This document shows positions 48,170 to 60,489 of a stretch of DNA of 64,000 bases, one piece after another; the stretch's first letter is position 1, and the number at the start of each line of letters is the position of its first letter. The notes below the pieces were generated by a model that worked only from the letters and a program-made list of their open reading frames with translations, had not been told where the DNA came from and made no database searches. Position numbers and translations under genes: made by a program. Source of the stretch: Eledone cirrhosa (Eukaryota); the NCBI GenBank assembly GCA_964016885.1, contig OZ024742.1:236096001-236160000 (forward strand), written 5' to 3'.

Positions 48170-51100
48170 ACGCACAACAATTTGATTTAATATATACTTA
48201 TAATTCAAGTTTTAATTTTAGTTGAACCTGAGTCTCTGACTGACTGTTGGAAAGACAAGGTTTTGATTCATTTTTAACCTTAATTTATTGTACTATGTTT
48301 CCAGATGTCGAGGTTTTATAGGTCACCTTGTCCACTCTTAAATCTATATTCCATTTCTTAATCATATCAAAATGTCAGTTAATCAATAACATCTGCTCAA
48401 TAATCACAATTGACACTACAACATCACACTTTTATAGAACATATGAGGAATAGGCTACGTAGCCGGTCCCGGCAAAATAGATAAACATGCTTTTCCAGTT
48501 TAATTTACCTGTAAACCCTGAAAGGATTCAACTCTAGCCGGGGACCCGTAACTTTAATTTACCACTAAATAATAAATAGTGTCTTAGTAGTATTTACTAC
48601 TATCTTTAACCCAGGTGGTGACTTTCTGCTAAAATTTTTAATTTCGTAAATATTTAACTGCGCTAAAATTCTTTTTTTTTTAAATTTAGTAACAGTCTGT
48701 GATGGAAAAGAAAAAGCTGATTTTTTTTCCGTATCTTTAGAGCGGGTGGTGACTTTTTGCTAAAATTCTTAATTTCTAAAATATTTCACTCTGCTATAAT
48801 TCTAAAGCCCTGGAAATTTGTAGATTTTTGGAATTATTCACCAGTTGGCTCGTTGGTCTAAGGGTATGATTTTCGCTTAGGGTGAGAGAGGTCCCCGGTT
48901 CAAATCCCGGACGTGCCTAAACATTTCGGATATTATTTTCATTTTAAGTTTATTTTCTGTCGCACCATGTTAACTTAGATGTAATAAACATTTAAATTGA
49001 TATACTTCTCAGGTATCATCTAATCTTTTTTTGTTTACCTTTGGGAACTATTAGTATAACAGTCTGTGAAAAAGAGCTCAATTTCAAACAACTAAATGCA
49101 AGCTCTATTCTGAGTAACAAAAAGTATTTACATCTGCTTACGTTTTCGTGGTCTGGTTTATATGTAGAAAAATAATAATAAAACACTACAGACTTGGATC
49201 AGCATAGGTCACTCTGTTTTACTTGTAGTATTTTACATATTGGGTTTAAAAGGAAGAAACAATAGGGGCTGTAGGAAACGTCTAGATAATCCGGAAAGAA
49301 GAAGAACCAGAAAAAGAGCATTCCCGTATTGAACAAAAAAAAAAAACAAAAAAAAAATTCATAATGGGCTCGATCGGGATTTGAACCCAAGACATCTCGC
49401 ACCCAACGCGAGAACCATACGCCTAGACCAACGAAAAACGCACAACGACTCAATTAAATAAATTCTAGTAATTACAGTTTTAATGTTAGTTGTAACTGAG
49501 TCTCTATGCTGGAAACACTTTTTTGTTTCTTTTTTAACTTTTATTTATTGTATTGATTCTTGCTTTTGGGGGTTTTTCATCTGGTCACCTCTTATATCTA
49601 AAGTCCAATTCTCAATCATATCAAAATACCAATAAATCAATGACATCTGCTCAATAACCACAATTGACTCCATAACATCACACCTTTCATAGAACATACG
49701 AGGAATAGGCAACGTAACCGGCCCCGGCAAAATAGTCAAACATGGTTTTTAAGCTTAATTTACCGGTAAACGCTGAAAGGAGCTAGGGGTCTAGCCGGGG
49801 TCCTGTAAGCTTATTTTACCAGTAAATAATAAATAGTGTTTTAGAACCCAGGTGGTGACTTTCTGCTAAAATGTGTAATGGTAGTTTTGCAAATTAATAT
49901 TATCTGGTTGCTATTTGTAATATAATTTGAAAGTATTCACCAGCTGGCTCGCTGGTCTAGGGGGTATGATTTTTAGCTCAGGCTGCGAGAGGTCCCGGAT
50001 TCAAATCCCGGACGAGCCCAATCGTTTAGAAACATTTGTTTTATTATAAACCTATTTTATGTCGCACTTTGTTTACTTAGATGAAATGTATATTTAAATG
50101 TATAATTGCAAAACAATAAAGAAAAGTGTCTAATTTGTTGATTATTCTATCATAAACATTTTTTAACAAACAAGAAAAGTTACAACTTTATAATTTCATA
50201 TTATACATTTATCATTATTGAAAAAATAAAACCAGTCGGATCATTTGTAGACAGTTGCTTCTGATAAAAGCTTGTAGAAAGCATCCTCATGACTATTCTA
50301 TTTAATATATACCAGTTAAACATACTCTAGTAATTATAGGTTGTGGAAAGAGTGCCCATGGGACACTCAAGAATTGTTAACATTGATCAATAAAATTAAA
50401 TGATTAAATACGTACTAGTAATAATAGCGTTAATGTTAGTTGTAACTGAGACTCTGACTGACTGTTATTTTGGACTTTCCTTTATTTGATCATGTTTCCA
50501 GCTTCCAAGGATTTTAGGTCGTTTGGTCGCCTCTTAAATCAATAATCCACTTCTCAATCATATCAAAATATCAATAAATCAATAACATCTGCTCAATAAT
50601 CAAAATTCACTCCTCAACATCACACCTTTGATTTTAAGTAGTTTTTTTAAAAGATGGTGGTGGAAAATATTTCAAATGTACTTAATCCTCGTAGCTGGAG
50701 CCGCAACTCAAGGTATCTGACACTCTTATCGGCTAAATAGGTTGGGGGTCTACTTTACCGGGGTCGGCTACATAGCCTCATCCAATATATGAAGTGGCCA
50801 ATTGTTGAAAGTGTAATGGTAGCTGTGCGAATTAACATAATGTGGGTGTAATTTGTAATATAATGTGTAATTGTTTATCAGTTTTTTCGTTGGTCTAGGG
50901 GTATGATTTCGCTTCGGGTGCGAGAGGTCCCGGGTTCAAATCCCAGACGAGCCCAATAAATCAATAACATCTGCTCAATAACCACAATTGACTCCCTAAC
51001 ATCACACCTTTCATAGAACATATGACGAATAGGCTACGTAGCTGGTCTCGGCAAAATAGACAAACATGCTTTTTAAGCTTAATTTACCGGTGAAAGCTGA

Positions 51101-52197
51101 AAGGATGTAACTTTATACGTGGACCCGTAAGCTTATTTTACCACTAAATAACAAATAGTGTTTTAGAACCCAGTTAGACCAGGTGTTGACTTTCTGCTAA
51201 TATTCTTAATTTTAAAAATAATTGACTTACTGCTAACATTCTTCATTTCGAAAATAATTCACTCTTCTAAAATTCTATAGCTATGAAACTCTGTAGATGA
51301 TTGGAATTATTAACCAGTTTGCTCATTGGTGTAGGGTGTGATTTTCGCTTAGGGTGCGAGGGCACCCGGGTTCAAATCCCGGACGTGCCTAAACGTTACG
51401 GATATTATTTTCATTTTAAATCTATTTTCTATCGCCCCTTGTTGACTTAGATGTAATAAACATTTAAATTTATATGTGTTTCAGGTATCATCTAATCCTT
51501 TTTTTAGTATAACAGTCTGCGAAAAAGAGCTCAATTTCAAACAATTAAATGCAAGCTCTATATAATTTCTGAGTAACAAAATGTGTACTGAACAAAAACT
51601 ATTTTGTTTATTTAAGAAAAAAAAAGAAGAGGTTATGATGAGCTCGTCCGAGATTTGAACTCGGGATCTCTCACAACCAAATCGAGAATCATACCCTTAC
51701 ACCAACGAGCCACGTACTCCAATTCGGTTAAATATATACTAGTAATTACAGTTTTAATGTTAGTTGTAACTGAAACTCTACGTTGGAAACACTTTTTTTT
51801 TTTTAAACTTCTATTTATTGTATTGATTGTAGCTGTTGAGGTTTTTGGTGTCATCTGGTCACCTCTTATATCATATCAAAATATCGATAATTCAATAACA
51901 TCTGCTCAATAATAACAATTGACTCCATTACATCACTCCTTTCACATAACATATGATGAATAGGCTACGTAGCCAGTCCCGGTAAAATAGACAAACACGA
52001 TTTTTAAGCTTAATTTAGCGGTAAAAGCCGAAAGGATGCAACTCTAGCCGGGGTCCTTAAAGCTTATTTAACAGTAAATAATAAGTAGTGTTTTAGGACC
52101 CAGTTTGTGACTTTCTGCTAAAATATGTAATGGTAGATTTGCGAATTAATATAATCTGGTTGCTATTTGTAATATAATTTGAAAGTATTCACCAGTT

Positions 52198-52272
52198 GGC
52201 TCGTTGGTCTAGGGGGGTATGATTTTTAGCTCAGGCTGCGAGAGGTCCCGGATTCAAATTCTGAACGAACCC
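52198..52272 (+). pseudogene. tRNA-Pro-derived type E
   Basis: Type-E lesions. Confidence 0.8.
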
Positions 52273-52444
52273 AATCGTTTAGAAACATCTTTTTTTTTTA
52301 TTATAAACCTATTATCTGTCGCACTTTGTTTACTTAGATGGAATGTATATTTAAATCTATAATTGCAAAACAATAAAGAAAACTGTCTAATTTGTTGATT
52401 AGAAAAAGAAACTCTGGTGTACTGAACAAAAAAAACGCGAAAAT

Positions 52445-52516
52445 GGGTTCTTCCGGGATTTGAACCCGGGACCTCTCGCACCCGAAGCGAGAATCATACC
52501 CCTAGACCAACGAGCC
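52445..52516 (-). pseudogene. tRNA-Pro(CGG) at a TGG position, damaged 3' acceptor strand
   Basis: Loop TTCGGGT and 3' end AAGAACCC. Confidence 0.7.
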
Positions 52517-53569
52517 AGGTGCAACAACCTGATTAAATATATACTAATAATTATAGTTTTAATGTTAGTTGTACCTGAGTCTCTGACTGACTGTTATGTT
52601 GGAAAGACAATTTTTTGTTTCTTTTTTAACCTTAATTTATTGTATTATGTTTCCTGATGTCGAGATTTTCTACGTCACCCGTCCACCCTTTAATCTATAG
52701 TCCGCTTCTCAATCATATCAAAATATCAATAAATCAATAACATCTACTCTATAATCAAAACTGACACTACAGCATCACACTTTCATAGAACATATGACGA
52801 ATAGGCTACGTTGCCGGTCACGGCAAAATAGATAAACATGCTTTTTAAGAATATTACACCGGTAAACCCTTATTTTGCCACTAAATAATAAATAGTGTTT
52901 TAGAACCCAGGTATTGACTACTATCTTTAATACCAGGTGGTGACTTGTTGCTAAAATTTTTATATATAATTTCGCAAATATTTGACTTACTGCTAACATT
53001 CTTAATTTCGAAAATATTCCACTCTGCTAAAATTCTAAAATCATAGAAAAGTGTACCATCACTCTATCTTTTTTTTCACATTTGGTAACACTCTGTGATG
53101 GAAAAAGAACCCCAATTAAAAAAATAAATGCAAGCACTATATAATTTCTGAGTAACAAAAAAGTATTTACATCTTTTTACGTTTTCAAGGCCTGATTTAT
53201 ATGGAAAATAATAATAATAAAACACTATAGACGTCGATCAGCATTGGTCACTCTGCTTTACTTGTAGTATTTTACATACTGGGTTTAAAAAGAAAGCATA
53301 GGGGTTCTGGGAAGCGTCGAGATCAACTGGAAAGTGAACTCGGGAACTCCGACATTCGAAGATAGAAATATAATCCCAAGACAAACACTCCCTCACTTCT
53401 TCGTCTATGTAAACTATTGTATTTAAGTTAAAACCACAACCTTAGACTAGCCGGATCATTTGTAGACGGTTGCTTTTGATAACACCTTTTGGAAAGCGTG
53501 TCTGAGGGCACGGTCTCTACGACCCTCTCAAGAATTGTTAACGTTTATCACTGAAAAGGTTGCAGCTTA

Positions 53570-53970
53570 AAGAATACGATCACGAATACTAGCAGGCGAA
53601 ATGGGGTTCCACCGAAGGGTCTTTGGACAGACGATAATCGATAAAGTGCGTAACTCGGAGACCAGAGAGTCACTCCAAATAGAGCCGCTACTTCTCCGAA
53701 TTGAGAGATTACAACTCCGATACTACGGGCATGTAGTTAGATTGGCTCAGTAAAGAATCGCTGGACAGATTTTACGGGCAAACCAACTGCGGGAGACCCA
53801 GTGGTACACTACTATCAAGGTGGTTGGATAACATCAATGAGCTTGGCTAGTCTTGCTTGGTGTTACAGCAGGGTCTATTGGAGACGGTAGCTTCTGACAA
53901 GGACCCGCTGGTAGGGGCGTTTAAGGATTCTATCCCCACGACCCTTTCAGTAATAAGTAGGGGAAGGAGT
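53570..53970 (+). mobile_element. RTE-clade LINE remnant, 3' end (HOR copy)
   Basis: Paralog of 29530-29930. Confidence 0.85.
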
Positions 53971-56879
53971 ATATTAATGTTCAGCAGCTGGGTCGTTAGT
54001 TATGGATCTGATCTACTTTGCTTGGTGGGAGTGAGTCGGTCTCAGTTCCAAATCTCGAATAAGTTCTTTCTTGTTTCTCGATTTAATAAACTATTTTAAA
54101 ATAAATGCCGCGTTATGTTTAATTCTAGTAAATACATTGTAGTAATACAATGACTCTCGATTTCGATTATATCGACTCAATGTTCAAAGTACAAATTATC
54201 CAGAGTGGATTTTCTTTTCATTTTAATGTATTTTGTTTGGTTCAAGTAATTAACATCTTCATACTAATATCTTTCCATGAAGGAATAATGAAATGAAAGA
54301 GCCGAACATCTCTTTTAAAATATCGATAGAGAATATATTTGTTGAAAATGTGAAAATCCTTTGACTCGTGCTACGATTTTGAAAAAAAAAAAGCAAAAAA
54401 GGAGGCCATGATGGGCTTGTCCAGGATTTTAACCCGGGACCTCTCCCACCCAAAGCGAGAAACATACCCCTAGACCAACGAGCCAACAATATCTTTCTCA
54501 TTAAATACCTACTAGTAATTATAGCTTTAATGTTAGTTGTAACTAAGACTCTGACTGACTGTTAATTTGGAGAGACACTTTTTGTTTCTTTTATAACTTT
54601 AATTTATTTTATCATGTTTTCAGTTGTCGATCAGTTGTAAATCAATAGTCCACTTCGCAATCATATCAAAATATCAAGAAATCAATAACATAGCCTCATC
54701 CAGTATATGAAGTGGCCAATTGTTGAAAGTGTAATGGTAGCTGTGCGAATTGACATAATGTGGTTGCTATTTGTAATATAATTGTTTCTACTTTTGGCAC
54801 AAGGCCAGCAATTACCCAGTGCATTACTGGTAATGTGTATTTGTTTACCAGTTGGCTCGTTGGTCTAGGGGTATGATTTTTCGCTTAGGCTGCGAAAGAT
54901 CCCGGGTTTAAATCGCGGACGAGCCCAAAAATTTCGGATGATTTTTTTCATCCTAAATCTATTTTCTGTCGCACCATGTTGACTTAGATGTAATAAATAT
55001 TTATATTTATATATTTTTCAGATATCATCTAATCTTTTTTTATACTATTTTATACTATTCGTATAACAGTCTGTGAAAAAGAGCTCAATTTCAAACAACT
55101 AAATGCAAGCTCTATATAATTTCTGAGTAACAAAATTACATCTGTTTACGTTTTCGTGGTCTGGTTTATATGGAGAACAATAATAATAAAACACTACAGA
55201 CTTCGATCAACATAGGTCACTCTGTTTTACTTGTAGTATTTCACGTATTGGGTTTAACGGGAAACAATAGGGGCTGTGGTAAACGTGGAGATCATCCGGA
55301 AAGTAGAAGAAACGTTTGTGTACTGAACAAAAACTGTTTTATTATTTAAAAAAAAAAGGTTATGATAGATCCCGGATTCAAATTCTGGACGAGCCCAATC
55401 ATTTAGAAACATTTTTTTTTATTATAAAATTATTTTCTGTCGCACATTGTTTACTTAGATGTAATGCATATTTAAATGTATATGTGCAAAACAATAAAGA
55501 AAACTGTCTAAATTGTTGATTATTCTATCATAGCCCAATACTTTATAATTTCATGTTATACATTTATCATTATTGAAAAGTTAAAACGATAACCTTAGAC
55601 CAGCCGGTTCATTTGTAGAAGGATGCTTTAGATAAAACCTCGTAATGCGTGACTGCAGGCACTGTCCCCACGGTCCTCTCAAGAATTGTAAACACTTATC
55701 ATTGATAATCTTGAAGCTTAAGATCCTTCAAGAAGAAGAAGAAAAAGCAGAAGAAGGAGAAGAAAAAGAAACCTTGGTAACTGAACAAAAAAGCTTAAAT
55801 GATTTAAGTTGGGCACTCCCGGGATTTGAACTCAAAGCGAGAATCATACCCATTCACCGAACGAGCCACGCACAACATTTGGTTTAAATATATACTAGTA
55901 ATTATAGTTTTAATGTCAGTTGTAACTGAGTCTCTCTGTTAGAAACACTTTTTTTTGTTTCTTTTTTAACTTTTATTTATTATATTAATAGGAGCTGTTG
56001 AGGTTTTTTTTGGGTCGTCTGGTCACTTCTTATCTCCAATTCTCAATCATGTCAAAATACCAATAACTCAATAACATTTGCTCAATAATTACAATTGACT
56101 CCATAACATCACACGTTTCATAGAACATATGAGGAATAGGATACGTAGCCGGTCTCGGTAAAACAGACAAATATGCTTTTTAAGCTTAATTTACTGTGAA
56201 AGCTGAAAGGATGCAACTCTAGCCGGGGTACCGTAAGCTTATTTTACCACTAAATAGTAAATAGTGTTTTAGAACCCAGTTCGTTGACTTCTATCTTTAG
56301 ACCAGTTGGTGACTATCTGCTAAAATTCTTAATTTCTAAAATAATTGACTTACTGCTAACATTCTTAATTTCTAAAATATTTCACTCTGCTAAAATTCTA
56401 AAGCCATGAAACTCAGTAGATATTTGGAATTATTAACCAGTTGGCTCGTTGGTCTAGGGGTATGATTTTCGCTTAGGGTGTGAGAGGTCCCACCTTCAAA
56501 TCCCGGACGAACCCAAACTTTTTGGATTTTTTTTATCATAAAGCTATTTTCTGTCGCACTGTGTTGACTTGGATGTAATGTATATGTTTTTCAGGTATCA
56601 TATTTACGTCTGTTTTCGTTTCTCTGCTATGGTTATTTGGGAAAAATATTAAAACTCTACAGACGTCGATCAGTATTGGTCACTCAGATTTACTTGTAGT
56701 ATTTAACATATTGGGTTTAAAAGGAACAAAATAGGGGGTGTGGGAGACGTCGAGATCATCCGGGCATTGAATTCGGGTTCTCCAACACATGAAGCTAGAA
56801 AGAGACCCCTAGACAAACAACTCTCATTTCTATTGTATTTGTTTCTTTCAGACAGAAATTCACTTCTCATACATCATTA

Positions 56880-57167
56880 TTACTAATTTCTAAAGTTGTA
56901 TAAACAGGTAAATGGAGTTCCACTGAAGCAGGTGGATAAGTTGAATTATGTCGGGGCCGTGTTGACGAGTGATGGAAGTCAGGAGGCTGAATTAAGTGCA
57001 AGAATTGCAGGAGCTGGTGCAGTAATACGCCAGCTCTCGCATTCAGCAATCAGAAGATAGGTAGGCGTAAAAGCCAAACACGAAAACAAGCGGCCGTAAT
57101 ACGATCGCGAATACAATCGGCCGACATCGGTTTCTTCGTAAGGGTCTTTGGAGTAACGTTACTCGAG
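56880..57167 (+). mobile_element. RTE-clade LINE remnant (HOR copy, internally deleted)
   Basis: Paralog of 22960-23312. Confidence 0.85.
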
Positions 57168-57838
57168 GAAAATCCTTGGTCAAAAGGTATGATACTCGCT
57201 TTGAGTTTAATATGTTACGGGTTCAAATCCTAGGCGAGCACCTTTTTATCCCTTGTACATGTACTTTTAAATTTACGTTTCATATAAATTCTTACAGGAC
57301 AGCAGAAAATAGCGTTAGATTCCTAAAACTTAATGAGGGTTCATCAGGGATTTGAACCGGGGTCCCCCACCCGAACCTTAAGCGAAAACATACACCTAGA
57401 CCAAGGAGACCACTGACTAAAAACTTCCACTTATATTACCAATAGTAAAAGTGTAATATTAATTTAAAATACATAACGTATCCTATATTGTTTTTGCAAA
57501 ACAACAAATAAAACTGTCTAATTTGTTGATTATTCTATCATAACCATATTTTCTAACAAACAAGGAAAAGTTACAACTTTATAATTTCATGTTATACATT
57601 TATTATTATTGAAAAGTTAAAACCATAACCTTAGTCCAGCCGGTACATTTGTAGAAGGTTGCTTTAGATAAAACCTCCTAAAGTGTGTCTGAAAGCACTG
57701 TCCCCACGGCCGTCTAAAGAATTGTAAATATTTATCATTGATAATCTTGAAGCTTAAGATCCTTCAAGAAGAAGAAAAAGCAGAAGAAGAAAAAGAGACT
57801 TTAGTGTACTGAACAAAAAACTTAAAATATTAAAAGTT

Positions 57839-57910
57839 GGGCCCGTCCGGGATTTGAACCCGGGACCTCTCGCACCCAAAGCGAGAATCATACCCCTAGA
57901 CCAACGAGCC
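57839..57910 (-). tRNA. tRNA-Pro(TGG), U4:G69 variant
   Basis: Identical to 23985-24056. Confidence 0.9.
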
Positions 57911-58581
57911 ACGCACAACAATTTGATTTAATATATACTTATAATTCAAGTTTTAATTTTAGTTGAACCTGAGTCTCTGACTGACTGTTGGAAAGACAAG
58001 GTTTTGATTCATTTTTAACCTTAATTTATTGTACTATGTTTCCAGATGTCGAGGTTTTATAGGTCACCCGGTCCACTCTTAAATCTATATTCCATTTCTT
58101 AATCATGTCAAAATGTCAGTAAATCAATAACATCTGCTCAATAATCACAATTGACACTACAACATCACACTTTTATAGAACATATGAGGAATAGGCAAAA
58201 GAGACAAACATTTCCAACTTAATTTACCAGTAAACCCTGAAAGGATTCAACTCTACCCGGGGAACCGTAAGCTTAATTTACTACTAAATAATAAATAGTG
58301 TCTTAGAACCCAGGTATTAACCCAGGTGGTGACTTTCTGTAAAATTTTTAATTTCGTAAATATTTATCTGTGCTAAAATTCTTTTTATTTTAAATTTAGT
58401 AACAGTCTGTGATGGAAAAGAAAAGCTAATTTTTTACCGTATCTTTAGACCGGGTGGTGACTTTTTGCTAAAATTCTTATTTTCCAAAATAATTGACTTA
58501 CTGCTAACATTCTCAATTTCGAAAATATTTTACTCTGCTATAATTTTAAACTAAGTAGATGTTTGGAATTATTTATCAGTT

Positions 58582-58653
58582 GGCTCGTTGGCCTGGGGGA
58601 TTATTTTTCGGTTAGAGTGCGAGAGGTCCCGGATTCAAATCCCGGACGAGCCC
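58582..58653 (+). pseudogene. Degenerate tRNA-Pro-derived copy (AGA loop)
   Basis: D arm and anticodon arm mutated. Confidence 0.75.
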
Positions 58654-59115
58654 AAATATTTTGGAAATTTTTTTATTTTAAAGCTATTTTCTGTCGAACC
58701 ATGTTGACTTAGATGTAATATACATTTAAATTTATATGCTTTTCAGGTATCATCTAATCTTTTTTTTACCTTTGGGAACTATTCGTATAAAAGTCTGTGA
58801 TAGAAAAAAATTCCAATTTCAAACAACTAAATGCAAGCTCTATATAATTTCTGAGTAACAAAATATATTTACATCTGCTTACGTTTTCGTGGTCTGGTTT
58901 ATATGGAGAAAAATAATAATAAAACACTGCAGACTTGGATCAGCATAGGTCACTCTGTTTTACTTGTAGTATTTTACATATTGGGTTTAAAAGGATACAA
59001 TAGAGGTTGTGGGAAACGTCGAGATCATCCGGTAAGAAGAAGAAGAACTAGAAAAAGGAGAAACCTTTCTGTACCGAACAAAAGCTGTTTTTTTTTTTTC
59101 TTAAAAGTCTGTTAT

Positions 59116-59187
59116 AGGTTCGTCTGGGATTTGAACCCGGGACCTTTCGCACTCAAAGCGAGAAGCATACCCCTAGACCAACGAGCC
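59116..59187 (-). pseudogene. tRNA-Pro-derived copy with TGA loop
   Basis: Loop TTTGAGT with one mismatch in each stem. A and B boxes intact. Confidence 0.75.
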
Positions 59188-59637
59188 ACGCACGCCAATT
59201 CTATTAAATCTTTACTAGTAATTATAATTTTAATGTTAGTTGTAACTGAGTTTCTATGTTGGAAACGCTTTTTTTTTGTTTCTTTTTTAAATTTTATTTA
59301 TTGTATTGATTCTTGCTTTTGAGATTTTTTGGTTCATCTGGTCACCTCTTATATCTAAAGTCCACTTCTCAATCATGTCAAAATACCAATAAATCAATAA
59401 CAACTGCTCAGTAATCCCAATTGATTCCATAACATCACACATTTCATAGAACATATGAGGAATAGGCTACGTAGCCGATCTCGGCAAAATAGACAAACAT
59501 GCTTTTTGAAGCTTAATTTAGCGGTAACAGCTGAAAGGATGCAACTCTAGCCGAGGTACCGTAAGCTTATTTTACCACTAAATAGTAAATAGTGTTTTAG
59601 AACCCAGGTGGTGACTACTATCTTTAACGCAGGTGGT

Positions 59638-60105
59638 GACTTTCTGCTAACATTCTTAATTTCTAAAGTTATTGACTTTCTGCTAAAATTCTTAATTTCT
59701 AAAGTTATTGACTTTCTGCTAATATTCTTAATTCCTAAAGTTATTGACTTTCTGCTAAAATTCTTAATTTCTAAAGTTATTGACTTTCTGCTAAAATTCT
59801 TAATTTCTAAAGTTATTGACTTTCTGCTAAAATTCTTAATTTCTAAAGTTATTGACTTTCTGCTAATATTCTTAATTCCTAAAGTTATTGACTTTCTGCT
59901 AAAATTCTTAATTTCTAAAGTTATTGACTTTCTGCTAAAATTCTTAATTTCTAAAGTTATTGACTTTCTGCTAAAATTCTTAATTTCTAAAGTTATTGAC
60001 TTTCTGCTAAAATTCTTAATTTCTAAAGTTATTGACTTTCTGCTAAAATTCTTAATTTCTAAAGTTATTGACTTACTGCTAACATTTTTAATTTCGAAAA
60101 TATTT
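59638..60105. repeat. 36-bp minisatellite, about 13 copies
   Basis: Unit GACTTTCTGCTAAAATTCTTAATTTCTAAAGTTATT. It explains the DFLLKFLISKVI repeat ORF. Confidence 0.96.
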
Positions 60106-60161
60106 CACTCTGCTATAATTTTAAAGCCATGAAACTCTGTAGATGCTTTGAACGATTTATC

Positions 60162-60233
60162 TGTTCGTTGGTGTAGGGGCATGATTTTCGCTGAAGGTGC
60201 GAGGGGCCCCGGTCTCGAATCCCGGACGAGCCC
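60162..60233 (+). pseudogene. Degenerate tRNA-Pro-derived copy
   Basis: Heavily substituted. Confidence 0.7.
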
Positions 60234-60489
60234 AAATATCTGGAAATTTTTTTAATTTTAAATCTATTTTCCGTCGCACCATTGTTGACTTAGGTGTAAT
60301 GTTCATTTAAATTTATGTTTTTCAGGTATCATCTAATCTTTTTTTGTACCTTTGGCAACTATTAGTATAACAGTCTTTGATGAAGAAAAAACTTAATTAA
60401 AAACAACTAAATGCAAGCTCTGTATAATTTCTGATTAACAAAAAGTATTTACATCTGTTTACGTTATCGTGGTCTGGTTTATATGGAAA

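Larger units (their letters stand above)
19000..58560. repeat. About 12 kb higher-order repeat of diverged tRNA-Pro pair monomers, a little over 3 copies
   Basis: Markers recur: an identical tRNA variant at 23985/36045/48098/57839, the CGG copy at 27029/39070/50884, and the RTE 3' remnant ORF at 29817/42196/53857. The last copy is shortened by deletions. Confidence 0.9.

Noticed and set aside
59638-60105. 36-bp repeats as a CRISPR array
   Set aside because: The repeats are contiguous with no spacers, there are no cas genes and the context is eukaryotic.
59608-60132. 174-aa ORF with a 12-aa repeat
   Set aside because: It is the translation of a 36-bp minisatellite that happens to lack stops in one frame.
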